Part shown: one piece after another, positions 35,901-48,499 of the stretch
Numbering within the stretch: position 1 is the first letter of the stretch
Layout of the letters: each line of letters opens with the position of its first letter
Notes under the pieces: model-generated
What the model saw: the letters and a program-made list of their open reading frames with translations, nothing else
Databases searched by the model: none
What the model was told of the DNA's origin: nothing
Translations under genes and position numbers: made by a program
Assembly (NCBI GenBank): GCA_028534125.1
Contig: CM052816.1
Location: 13,084,001 to 13,148,000 of the forward strand
Reading direction: 5' to 3'
DNA length: 64,000 nt
Source: Lama glama
Taxonomy: Eukaryota

Positions 35901-38900
35901 TAGCATATTTGCATTTTTGTAAGAAACATCTCATCAGAGCAGACATCAGCAAATTACTGCAAGGTTCGCATCTCCTCCCTGGAGCTGCCTCTGCTTTCAG
36001 GCTGTGGTTTCTCGAGGAGGGAGCACATGCTCCCCAGATCCTTCCCATGTGTTCGAAGGAGAGTCTTTCGGAAGCCTACGTGACTGAGCAGCCTTCAACC
36101 TTGACACAATCAAACAAACAAAACCATCTGCCAGTTCAACAAAGAGGAGGGATGGAGCATCCCCAAGCTGGTTGAGAACACAAACAAAGAAATGATAACC
36201 TTCTAAAAACAGTTGCTTAAAACTGGGCCATTGCCAGGCCTTCTAAATCTGGCAACTCTTCCTACTTGACGGTCAATGACTGGCTTCATCGAAATTCGAT
36301 ACTTCATCCCTCAGATAAAGCCAGGCTCATTATGAATGTTAATATCTGCCATCATAACACATAGCCATTTAATATTTATTATTATAACGAATTCAGAAGC
36401 CCCTACCATGGACAGGGCACTGTGACATCGGTATTGGAAAACAAAGATAAATAAGGTAAACTCTACACCCCACAAAATGACTCGATCTAAGCCAGCAGTT
36501 CTTAATCTCTTTTGCAGCCATGGACCCCTCTAAGAATCTGATGGAAACTGTAGAAGCAGTAAAATGTGCATGTGTATATATGTGCAAAACTTTACAAGTG
36601 AACTTAGCTAGTATACCAAACTTCTCATTTGCAAAGTGCTTTCTCCTGCCAACATCCCCCCATACAAAGCTGACTCCATTTTTGTCAAGTGAGGCTATAT
36701 GCTCAGAGAAGTGATGTGCCTAGCCCAAGGCCACTCAGCTATAAGCTGGAAGAGCTTGGGCCATAATCCAGGTCTATGACATGTACTCTGTTTTGCCAAA
36801 TGGAGTAGATGACTAATATGAATTGCCATGAGCAAGGTTTTTTTTAAAAAGTCCTAGTGTCCATACCGAAATGAAAAGTTCTAACCTGTCATCACCACCC
36901 TTGTATGTGGACATTTTCAAATTTTAAAAAGTGTCTCTCTTTTTGTCTCTATCTCCGTCTCTCTCTTTCCCTTTCTTCTTCCTCGCTTAGTACATTTTGT
37001 TGATAGAATTAGTTCCCCCTATTAAATTATATATTCCTTGAAGACAGGGACTGTAATTGGTTTATTTCCATGTCCTGGGTGCCTAGCAAAGTGCCTAACT
37101 TAGTCAGCACTCACTGTCTACTGAGTGAATGAAAGTTCATTATACAAAGAAAGAGATAAGAGAGATTAGCTTGTACCAAATGTGTTCTGAAGTTCATGTT
37201 CTGCTTTGAAAGACCATCTCTAGGATGTGAAAAGTGTCATCAGTTCATTGATATATTACTGTTTCTCCTCCATGTTTTGTTTTCCCTCCTCCTGTCCCCT
37301 TCTCCTTTTTTTTTAACTTTCCTTAACATTGGATAAGTGGAACCAAGCTGGGTTGAGTCTAGTTCAAACCTTCAACCCTCAGTGATCTTTCGCTTTACAC
37401 AATCAAAGCTTTTCCCTGTTATTTGCCAAAAGAGAAGAAACCTTAAGCAATAATTTAATTATTTAAATTAGTTACAGGGTTTGGCTATGTTTTAGCTGAA
37501 AACTTATTAAGAAAATAAGATAAGAAAAAGCCAGACTGTAATTTACCACCCCACCCAAGCCGAACAGCACCTTTGGAAGCAATGTTGTTGCTAAAACAAT
37601 AAATGAATGGTTTAACCCTCCCTGGGTCTTGGGAACTATACCCACCTTTGCCAAGAAGGAGTGAAGGAATAAGTATGTATGTTATTTAACCACAGTGAAC
37701 TCTCTGAGGACAAGATCTATTCCTGACTCATCTTTGTATTCCAGAAAATTGTCTGGCACACAGTGAGTGCTCGGTAAATTTTTACTAAGTTAAATTGAAT
37801 TCCTGCAAAATGTATACATCTCTGTAATATATGTTTACATATGTGTATATATTATATAAATATCCTGTGTGGGTGGATATCCTAAAAGGGCAGGCTACGC
37901 TGCAGACTGTCTTACATACAAACTATAAAAAACCCACAGTACTCATTTGTGTGTGACCACAGCTAAGTCAGTCGTGTTAAAAACTCCAGCTGTGATATGC
38001 ATTCTCCGCTTAAAGCCACTCTGTGTAGGAGCAATTCTTTATAATAATGTCTCTGAAACATTTTCCTAAGTAGAAAGGTAAAATGATCCATTATAGTATA
38101 TACTTAATGTATACTTTTAAACTCAAGCCAGAATGGAAACAGTACTCCCTCTACTTCAGCCATTAAATTTCACTGTTCCGCACCCACCTCTGAGCCAACG
38201 GGGGCTCCACTGCACCATCTTGAGCTGAATGTGGGTCAACATTGTGGGTTGTTACCGCATATGAACAGCCTCTTCCTTCCATTCATTTCATTTCAGCCTT
38301 GGTGGACCGCTGGGACTCACAGTGGCTAAGGTGGGCAGGTAATGAAGCTGGACTCGCAGGAAAGAAGGGAGCATAACACTAGGCTCAATCCCAGTTTTAT
38401 AAAGGCTCAGTGTGTGTTTAAGGAAATGGTAAGATCAGCAGGTAACTGGGGATTTGTGGAAGTTGTGCAATAGTATCAAGAGTCCAGATCATGTCACTGT
38501 AGCCTGGGAGGATGACCTGCAGCTACAAGCAACTAGGGTCCATGGTAAGTCAGGACTCGGAGGATTTAAAGGAACCAGGAAAGCAACTGTTACAGCACAG
38601 TTTCAGGAATGTACTTTAACAGCTCATTATTGAGCAGATTCAGGTAGAATTCCCACTTTCAAGCCTATGCCATGATGTTCTTAAGTTTCATAATACTTAG
38701 AAGCACCTAGTCATTCCAAGAACAACAGGGTGGCCCAGAAGAATGTCTCAATCTACCTTCCTGTCTAATTTACTTTTGCAACAAGGAAAACTGAATTGGG
38801 GAATAACACTTGGGGCCACTGTAACATTCAATGCACAATAATTCCACTTTCTCTGAAACTGCCTCTCCCATCTGGGGAGTGAATCCTGAGGGCTCTGAGG

Positions 38901-39264
38901 AAGGGGGCCAAGCCAACTCCACAACTCTCTTCCTTGTGTTCTCCAGACCCACACTAGCTGGACTGAAATGTGGTCACTCTTTACCAGCACCTAATTTAGC
39001 ACCCTGGCACTTAATAAATATTTAACACTATCACATGTACTTGCAGGAAACAGCTTGGAAATAAATCACCTCATTTTTAAGCAGCTGCTTGGAAATTGTG
39101 CATTTTGCAAAAACCAAACTGACCTGCTAATAAAAACAAATTATTCCATGTGCTACATGATATTCTTTTAGTGTTCGTTTCAAGGCCACATATACCAGAA
39201 TATAGCTCCATTACTAAAAGGAAATGGCTCAATTTTTTAAATTAAATTGACAACGATATTCATC

Positions 39265-39800
39265 TGTTTATTCAGCAAATATCTGAGTACCTGTTTGTGT
39301 GCAATACCATTCTATGCACTGGGAATGCAGCAGTGAACAATGCAGACACGCTTTCCTAGTGATTACATTCAAAAAAGCAAGAGTAAATGCACAAATAGGT
39401 AGATATATTATTTCATGTATGTGAATAAAAAGAACAGAAAGGGGACAGAGAATGATGAGAGATGCTAGAGATACAAAAGTTGCAGGCATCTCAGAAGAGG
39501 TGCCACTCAGATAAGAGACCAAAATGGAATGAGAAATCAAGGTCTGTGAGTGTCTGGAGAGAGTTCCATGTCGATGGGAGAATGAGGACAAAGGCCCTGT
39601 GCCAGGAACATCCTTGGCCATGTTCACAGGGACCAGTAAGGAAGCCAGTATGTTTGGGTGAGTGAGGAGGAAGTGAGGGAAAATGAGATTGGAGGGGCAG
39701 CACGAAGTCGTTTTGCCAAGCTTCACGGGCCATAGTGAAGACTTTGGATGTCATTCTAAGTGTGATGGAAAATCACTGGAGGCCTTTGAGTAAGGCATGA
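39265..39800 (-). mobile_element. L2 LINE
   Basis: 'ttattcagcaaatatctgagtacc...cagcagtgaacaa...caaaggccctgtg...gggccatagtgaagactttgga...attctaagtgtgatgg'. Confidence 0.85.
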
Positions 39801-39929
39801 TCAGCTGGAACTTTGGATTAAGAACCCCAAACAACTTTAAAACCATCCAAGTAAAAACTTCCACTTCCAGTGAAAGGTGGGCTGGATGTTTAGAGGACCC
39901 CTTCCCATAACAGCACATCTAAATGCAGT

Positions 39930-39931
<2 letters not shown>

Positions 39932-39962
<31 letters not shown>
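39932..39962. repeat. (CA)n microsatellite
   Basis: About 15 perfect CA units. Confidence 0.95.
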
Positions 39963-39964
<2 letters not shown>

Positions 39965-40499
39965 TGTATGTTGGGCTGGCACCAATGGAAAGGAATTCCT
40001 TGGAGGCCAACAATGTAAGTCTAGAAGGATAGGCTAGCTCTGGTGTGGCATTTACCATGGGATTATCTGCCAGTTCCTGGTGACTTCGAAACTGGATTTT
40101 AAAAGGACTTTGATCTAGAAGATGGAGGCAAATCCTGAGATATAAGCAGAGTAGGACACTAGCTCACGGGACTCATAGTTGACACCTCTTTAATTTAAAA
40201 AAGAAAAGAACCGTTCTGCAGATGGAGATTGTAGAGATAGATGCCTAACTGTGTTAAGGCCTTAGATGGCATATAAAAAACTACGAAGAGGCCCTCTGAG
40301 AATTCCTGAATATAGCACTGCAGTCACACAGATTTGGGACCATAATTCATAAAACTTTTGTGGCAAAAAAAAAAAAAATTAAAGTGGTTTGGGGTCAGGG
40401 TTTCTCTAGAAGCCTGCTTCTGCCAACACAAATCTTCTTGAAAATAATATACTTTTAAAACAGGCCTCAAAATCATCTTACAGATAAGGTTTGCAAATA

Positions 40500-43400
40500 A
40501 AAGCCATGAGAGAGCCATCAAAAATTAATAAACACATGAGAGAAAAGCCACCATTAGTGAGAGATGGTAAAACAACAAACTACGGAATCGGACAAATCAA
40601 AAAGTCCACTTATATTCAATGTGTCAGCTACAGCTACATAAAAATAGGACAATAAATGTTTAAACAAATAAACAGTACTGTAGCTATAGCAAAGAAATAA
40701 GAAACAATCAAAACTGATTAGACAAATGTCAAAATTGATTAGGCAAATATTGAAAGAATGAAATATATTTCCTAGAAATGAAAATACAAAAATTAAAATT
40801 AGAAATTCAGGGAAGGGATTAAAAAGCAGATTAGACATAACTAAAGAGACAATTAATAAACTGGAAGACAGCAAAAGCGTATATCCAGAAAGACGCACAA
40901 AGAGAAAAGGACATAAAATAAGAGCGTGTAAGATACAAAGGAAACAGTGGTAAATCTATATATACATTTCATTCGAGTGACAGAAGGAGGTCACAGACAT
41001 AACAGAAATATCTGAAGAGGAAAATGGCTAAGAATTTTCCAAAATTGATGAAACACTCAAACTTAAAAATGTCAAGTGTGCTCTAGAAGAAGGGTGGAAG
41101 AGAAGGAAAAAGAAGAATTTAAAAGAAGGTGTGTTTAGACATGTAGTGGATACTGCATAACTGAAAGCAAAGAGAAACTGTCTAATTTGTGAAGTTTAAA
41201 AGTCGAGAATAGAGTTAAAATGTTTTACTGCAATAACATGTTTGCTGCTACTGCTAAAGCAGCAGTTACAGAGAACTGTAACGCTTAGATTAGAAAATGT
41301 TAAAGATTGTAAATTATTTCGCTAAGTATCTACTTTGGCTGTCAGGAAAATTTTGAAAGGTAGAGTAGAAGGGAGGAAATAGTAACGATATGAGTAGAAA
41401 TCAATGAAATAAAACACATACAATAGAAATGATCAACAAAACCGAGAGTTGGCAATAAAATTTACAATGTAATAAATAATTGGCAAACTTGATCAAGGTA
41501 AAAATGAAAGAAGGCACATCTAAACAATATTAGGAATGCAAAAGAGAACATACAGTTACAGACATTAAAATGATATCAGGGTCTGACAAAGGATTTGATC
41601 CAAAACATATTTAACCTACTCTTTTAATTCAACAGTAAGAAAACAAACAACCTAATAAAAAATTTACATGGGCATATGTGTAAATAATAGGAAAATGATT
41701 TGAAGGACACTTGCAAGAGAAGATATATGAACAGGAATAGGTAATGATACTCGATATCACTGGTTATCAAAACTACAATGAGATATGCCTACCCATATAC
41801 TAGGATGGCCAAAATTTTTTATTTGTTTTTTTAAGAATCTGATGATACCAAGTGTTGACAAGTATGTGGAGCAACTGGAACTCTCATTTATCACTAATAG
41901 GAGTACAATATGGTACAGCTACTTTGAAGAACACTTTGACAGTTTCTCAAAAAATTGAGCATATACTTCCTATATGACCAATGAATTTCACTGCTCAGTA
42001 TCTATGTAAGAGAAATGAAATATGTTCACACAGAGATTTGTACACAATGTTCATAGCAGTCATTACACATAATAGCCAAAAGATGAAAACAACTCAGATG
42101 CCCACCAACTGGAGGATGGACTTAACAAAATTTGGTATACTTGGGCAACGAAATACTACTTAACAATAAGGAGAAATAAACTGCTGATACAATAACATGG
42201 ATGAATATAAAAAACATAACATGGATGAACATAAAAAACATAATGCTAATTGAAGGAAGTAGTGCACAAAAGTCTAAATGCCATAGGATTCCCTTTATAG
42301 TAAATTCTGGAAAAGGTAAAACTACAGGGCAGAAACGGGGTGCATGGTTGCACTGGGGCAGGGATTGAACACAATAAGGTATGAGAATTTTTTAAGGTGA
42401 TCCAAGTATTCTAGAGCATATGGTAATGTGGTTTGCATGACAGAGCATATGTACCAAAACTCGCTGAACTTTATAGTTCGAAAAGATGAATGTATTGCAT
42501 TTAAATTATGCAATAAAGCTATGAAGATGCTAAAAATAAACTTAAAATATCATAAACAGCATATGTCAACAAGTTTTTTAAATGTCTATAAAATAGACTA
42601 TGAAAATTGTCCCAACCAATCCTAGAAAAAAATCGAAAACTTAAATGGTCCTATGACTATTAATCAAAATCAATCAGTAGTTACAAAACTTCCTGGAAGA
42701 TTACATAGGATCCAGACAGTTTTACAGGTGAGTTCTATCACATTCAAGGAACAGATCATCTCAACCATAAGCAAACTATTCAGAAAACAGTAGGAAAAAA
42801 AGAAGGAAGGAGAGACACTTTCCAGGTCATTTTAGAGGCTCATGAAATCTTGCTGGCAAAAACTGACAATAAAAAATAGAAGAAGGGAAAATTACAATCT
42901 CATTTATGAACATAGATCCAAAATTTCCTCAGCAATATATCAGCATACCAAATTAAGCAAAGTATAAAAAACATAACTCACAACTTGGGTTTTGAGTTTA
43001 TTCCCAAAATGCAAATTTAGTTCAAATATATAAAAATCTGTAAATGTAGTTTACCACCATCATCCAGTAAACGGAGGGGAAAAATGATCACTGCAATAGA
43101 TCAGAAAAAAATTCACCAACCATACATGATGAACTCTCTTAGCAAACCAGGAACAGAAAGGAGCAATCTCAGCCTGATAAATGGTGTTTATCAAAAATCT
43201 GGACCCACTATCAGACTCAGTGGAGAAACACTGCAAGCATTCCTATCAAAATCAGGATCAAGACAAGATGCTCTCTGTCATGACTTGTGTGCAACAACAT
43301 GTTGAAGATCCTAGTCACAATAGCAAGAAGAGACAAAGAAATCAAACGTGTGAGCATTGCAAAAAAAAGAAACAGTACTTGCAACTGACGTAATTATCTA

Positions 43401-43655
43401 CATAGACAGTACAAAAACATCTAAGGCAAATTCTTGAAGTTAATAGGAGAATTTAGGAATATCACTGGATATAAGATCAATATACCAAAGTCAATTGCAA
43501 ATCTAGTTGCCAGCCATAAGTAGGTAGAAAATTTGTATTTTTTAAAAGATACCACTCTAATGGCTTCTAAAATGTAACATACTGAGGAACAAATCCTACG
43601 ATGGCCGTGTAAAGCTTTATGTAGAAAATTACAAACCTATTTAAAGGATATTAAT
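40500..43655 (+). mobile_element. old L1M (ORF1/ORF2 remnants) with a nested L1MC-like 3' end at ~41580-42520
   Basis: ORF1-like 'aaaaagcagattagacataactaaagagacaattaataaactggaagac'; ORF2-like 'ttttacaggtgagttctatc...caaaatcaggatcaagacaagatg'; nested 'gataccaagtgttgacaag...atgttcatagcagt...caataaagct'. Confidence 0.75.
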
Positions 43656-43659
43656 TAAG

Positions 43660-43990
43660 TACCTGCAGTGTGTGAGGCACTCTGCTAGGTAGCAGAAAAA
43701 CAAAGGATAGGAAGACGATGTTCCTATTCTACTCTACTGACGGGCTGGTGGAAGAAACTGGTGGAAGCAAAGGAATGTCACACTGTGGGACAAGTTCAAA
43801 GGAGGTGTCTTTAGATACAGTGCAGGGATGAGTCATGTTTGGGAGGGTCAGAAAAGGGGCTTTCAAAGTTGGAGACACCTGTGCTTACTCCTGAGGCTGG
43901 ATAGGGATTTTCCAGGAGAGCAAGGTGGGAGATGAAGTTAGCAACATTTGTGAAGCAGAGGGAACAAAATGTAAGTGGGAGAAAGTATGG
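43660..43990 (-). mobile_element. L2 fragment
   Basis: 'acctgcagtgtgtgaggcactctgctagg...agcagagggaacaaaatg'. Confidence 0.55.
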
Positions 43991-44854
43991 GACATTCAAA
44001 GGACCCTACTCTCCACAGCTAACCCAGCTCAACAGGGATTTGCTGCAAATGCCATCAGCTGCCCCACGTCTACCATCCCATTCTGCCTCTTCCCCATCTC
44101 TGCCTATTAAACTACTTCCTGGGCCTGAAAGTCCAATTCAAATTGCTCTCCCTACTCTCTCACCCCTCCCACAATGTGGTCCATGGCTCCTCTTTGTTCT
44201 GATGGTGCCTTGTACCTCCAATTTTAATGGAATGAAGTTGCATTTTTCTGTTTACCAGATAGCAATTGAAGTATTTCTACTGCCTTTGCAAAATATCAAA
44301 CTGATAATTGAGTGAGTACTCAACGTATATGTTTCAAATGGAATGTCACTGCTCACTGCAAAGGCTTCTATAAAGCTATTCCTTGTGGTAGGCTGTGATT
44401 TAAAGGAAATCTGCATTTTTGTTGGATTTGTTTCATTGCATGACATCACAGTGAATGACCATTGTCTAACCCACAGGGGGACCAAAAGACAAAATCTGTA
44501 ATACTTGGCCTCTCAAATAAACTTCACCCTGTGTGCTTCAGAACAATATAGATTTCCCACCCTTTCTCACCTCACTGTCCTCTCAAAATCCCACATGTGG
44601 GAATGCAGACAAGTTATTAACCATTGGACTGCTTTCTGCTGGTTAAAACGCTAGTTTGTGCATCCGCTTGCTGCATCTATGCACTGCAAAACAGGCTCGT
44701 CTAAACATGCAGGGAAATCAATTCTGGTATTTCCTGCTGCTGTACAACCTCTGTGTCATTTTATTTTTGTTAACAAGTTCGTGCAATTCAGCATAAGTAA
44801 TGCTGTTCCCGTTCAGGTTCAGAGGAAGTAAGGAAATATGGAGTAGCAGGAACA

Positions 44855-45030
44855 ACACTAGACTTGGAGTTCCCAGGATAATATTGCTGTGAACTTGGGG
44901 AAAGCTCTTAAATCTTGAGAGTCTCAGTTTCCTCATCTTCAAGGAGGTGATAATGTCACTTCCTAGACCTCTCTCACTGGGCTGTGGTGAGGATCAAACG
45001 GGCCAGTGGCTGTGTTAGCAGTTTGAAAAG
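44855..45030 (+). mobile_element. MIR SINE
   Basis: 'cactagacttggagt...gtgaacttggggaaag...tctcagtttcctcatct'. Confidence 0.75.
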
Positions 45031-45281
45031 AGTAAATTTCTGTTCCAACACCATGTGCTATTGTGATTACGAAGAATAACCAGCACAAGCTGATAAACAT
45101 TTTCCTTCTCATGAGCTTATATCTTTTGAAGATATTGCTATCTGCTTGAGAAGGATCAGCTCTTCTAGGGCATGCCCAGAGAATTCATTGAGGACAGCAT
45201 TGTTTTTAGACTGCTAAGATTAATCCACACGAATGAGATTAATCATTTTCCTCCAGCATCTTTCAGTATCACCCAAAAGTC

Positions 45282-46866
45282 TTTTTTTTTTTTTAGTTAA
45301 GGTATAACTGATACAAAACATTGTATAAGTTTAAGGCATCCAGTGTTGACTGGATGCATTTATACTACAACCTGATTGCAATCATAGTGTTAGCTAACCC
45401 CTCCATCCCTTCACATAATTATCATTTCTCTTTTCTGGTGAGAACATTTCAGATCTAGTCTCTTAGCAACTTGGAAATATTTCATACAGTACTATTAGCG
45501 ATAACCACAATGCTGTGCATCAGATCTCCAGAATTTATCCATCTTGGTACCCTTAACCTTTGACCAACATCTCCCTAATTCTCTCACCGCGGCCCCTGGT
45601 AACTGCCATTCTCCTGTTTCCTCAAATTCAACTTTTTTAGATTCCACCCATAAGTGATATCATACAGTATTTGTCTTTCTCTTGTCTGACTTCTCTCACT
45701 TAGCATAGTACACTCCAATCTCATCCATGTTGTCATAAATGGCAGGCTTTCCTTCTTTCTCGTGACTGGATAAATATTCCCCCGTGCATGTGTGCATGCA
45801 TACCACATCTTTATCCATTCATCTGTTGATGGACACTGAGGTTGCCTCCATGCCTTGGCTACTGTGAATAATGCTGCAGTAAACATGTGAGTGCAGATAT
45901 CTTTTTGATGTCCTATTTCTTTTGAATATATACCCAGAAGTAGGATTGCTAGATCTTATGGTAGTTCTGTTTTTAATTTTTTGAGGAACCTTCATTTCAC
46001 CTTCTGTGGTGGCTACGCCAGTTTACATTACCACCAAGACTACACAAGGACTACCTTTTCTCCACACCCTCGCCAAACCTTATCATCTCTTACCTTTTTG
46101 GTAATAGCCATTCTAACAGGTCTGAGGTACACCTGTTGTGATTTTGATTTGCGTTTCCCTGATGATTAGTGATGCTGAGTATCTCTTCATGTACCTATTA
46201 GCCATCTGTATGTCTTCTCTGGAAAGATGGGTACTCAGTTCCCCTGGCCGTTTTTTAATCAGTTTGTTTTCCTGTTGCTGAGTTACATGTGCTTTTAAAT
46301 GCATTTTAGATGTTAGTCCTTTATCAGATATGTGGCTTGCAACTATTTTCACCCATTTCATGGGTGGCCTATTTCTTTTGTTGGTTATTTCACTTGCTGT
46401 AGAGAAGCTTTTTTAGTGTGATGTAGTCCCACCTGTTGATTTTCGCTTTTGTGGCTGTGCTTTTGGTGTCATGGCTGAAAAAATCATTGCCAAGATCAAT
46501 GTCAAGGAGCTGTTACCCTGTGTTTTCTCCTAGGTCTTATGTTTAAGTGTTTAACACATTTTGAGTTAACTTTGCTGGGTGTGCAAGATAGAGGTTTAAT
46601 TTCCTTTTTCTGCATGTGGTTATCCAGTTTTCCAACACCTTTTATTGAGGAGACTATCCTTCCCCCATTGAGTATTTTTGGCTCCCTTGTCAAATATTGG
46701 TTGATTGTTTACGTGGATGTTTATTTCTGGGCTCTCTTTTCTGTTCTGTTGTTCTACACATCTACTTTTATGCCAGTACCACACTGTTTTGATTAGTATA
46801 GTAGTGTCATTTGTAGTAGTATAGTTTGAAATTAGGAAGTGTGATATCTCCAGTTTTATTCTTCTC
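45282..46866 (-). mobile_element. L1 3' segment (ORF2 C-terminus, 3' UTR, poly-A)
   Basis: Poly-T 45282-45294; minus-strand L1 peptides 'MFTAALFTVAKAWRQPQCPSTDEWIKMWY', 'ISDKGLTSK', 'REDIQMANRYMKR'. Confidence 0.95.
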
Positions 46867-47597
46867 CATCAATTGGGTAAAGAAGGAATATACTTCAACA
46901 TAACAAAGACCATATATGACAAATGCACGGGTAACATCATACTCTATAGTGAAAGGTTGAAAGATTTTCCTCTAAGATCAGGAACAGACAAGGGTGCCCA
47001 GTATCACCATTCTTATTCAAGCACAGTACTGGAAGTTCTAGCCAAGGCAATGAGTCAAGAAAAAGAAATAAATGTCACCCAAATTGAAAAAGAAGAAGGA
47101 AAGCTATCTTTAGTTGTAGATGATATAATCTTAAATATTGAAAATCCTAAAGACTCAACCAAAAAAACTGTTGGAACTAAGTGATGAGTTTAGTAAAGTT
47201 GTGGGATATAAAATCAACATACAGAAACTAATTGCATTTCTACGTACTAACAATGAAATACCAACAAAGAAAATCAAATGAAATAACCTCATTCACAATA
47301 GCATCAAAATCAATAATACACTTGGGAATAAATTTAACCAAGAAAGTGAAAGATCTGTACAATGAAAACTGTGAGATTTTGATGAAAGAAACTGAAGAAG
47401 ACACAAACAAATGGAAAGATAGTCCATGTCCATGGAGCCGAAGAATTAATATTGTTAAAATGTCCATACTCCGCAAAGCCATCTATAGATTCAGGGCAAT
47501 CTCTTTCAAAATCTCAAAGACATTTTTCACTGAAATAGGAAAAGCAATCCTAAAAATTGTATTGGAACTACAAATAGCAATCCTGAGAAATAAGAAA
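46867..47597 (+). mobile_element. inverted 5' segment of the same L1 (ORF2 reverse-transcriptase region)
   Basis: 'LKDFPLRSGT...VLEVLAKA...KLSLVVDDIILNIENPKDS' (decayed FADD motif), '[14 protein letters not shown]...[21 protein letters not shown]'. Confidence 0.95.
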
Positions 47598-48119
47598 TGA
47601 AAACCTTTTAAAAGGTAACCATTGCCTTAAATAAAAATAATTATATTTCTATTGGATCCTTTATCTGGTGGCACTGATTTCAGTGTAACAAGTCATGAGA
47701 ATATGTCATCTGCAAATTTCCAAGGGTTCAATAAAACTAATGAGAGATTGTACAATAGCTCCAAGTGCTGTATCTCCTAATGGTTGTCAAGAATCTCTCC
47801 TCAGTTGACACACCTGTCATGGTGGAGTCTTTCTTTCATTGCCTGTTAAATATCTGGCATGTGGAGATAGGAATCATCCCCCATCACTCTACTGTTGTAT
47901 TTCTCCATCATGCATTCAGGTAGTGAAATGCTATGCAGCCTTTTAAAATGAGGTTGAAGGTCTGTATTTACTAAGGTGAAGAAATTCATTCTATGATTAA
48001 ATATTAATTGAAAAAATAGCAAAACAAAAAACTGTTATGAAGCAGTACTGTCTGTGGTTTTATTCCTGTAACAAGAAATCTGATCTTGTATTATCATGTA
48101 GCTAAAGATCAAGTTGGAG

Positions 48120-48375
48120 GCAATCTAGGGTAGCGCTTAAGCGCTTGGATTTTAGTGTCAGATCAACATAGGTTCAAATCCATTTTCTGCTTGCCTAGAT
48201 GACCTTGGGCAGGTTGTTTCATTTTTCTAAATCCCATTGTTTTCTTCTTTAAAGGAGATAATAATGGATTTTTCCCCCTGAAGTTGTTAGGAGGATTAAA
48301 CACATACTATATAAAACATTTAGCATAGTGTCTGGCCCACAACAGGTGGTCTGCAAAGAATAGCCATTATTATTA
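48120..48375 (+). mobile_element. MIR SINE
   Basis: 'taggttcaaatcc...tgaccttgggcaggttg...gaggattaaa...tataaaacatttagcatagtgtctggc'. Confidence 0.8.
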
Positions 48376-48499
48376 TGATACAAAAAGATGAAAAGATACA
48401 AAAATCTTAACAGCTATTATCTCTCAGCATGGACTTCAGAATAATTTTTATGTACTTCTTTGGACCCCATCCCCAGCTTAGTCAACCAAATGTGTTAAC

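Noticed and set aside
36400..36422. REST/RE1-like 'accatggacagggc'
   Set aside because: Left half-site missing; context resembles an L2/MIR tail.
46873..47600. Reverse-transcriptase-like ORFs as a novel RT system
   Set aside because: Ordinary decayed L1 ORF2, catalytic FADD degraded to VVDD, frame broken.
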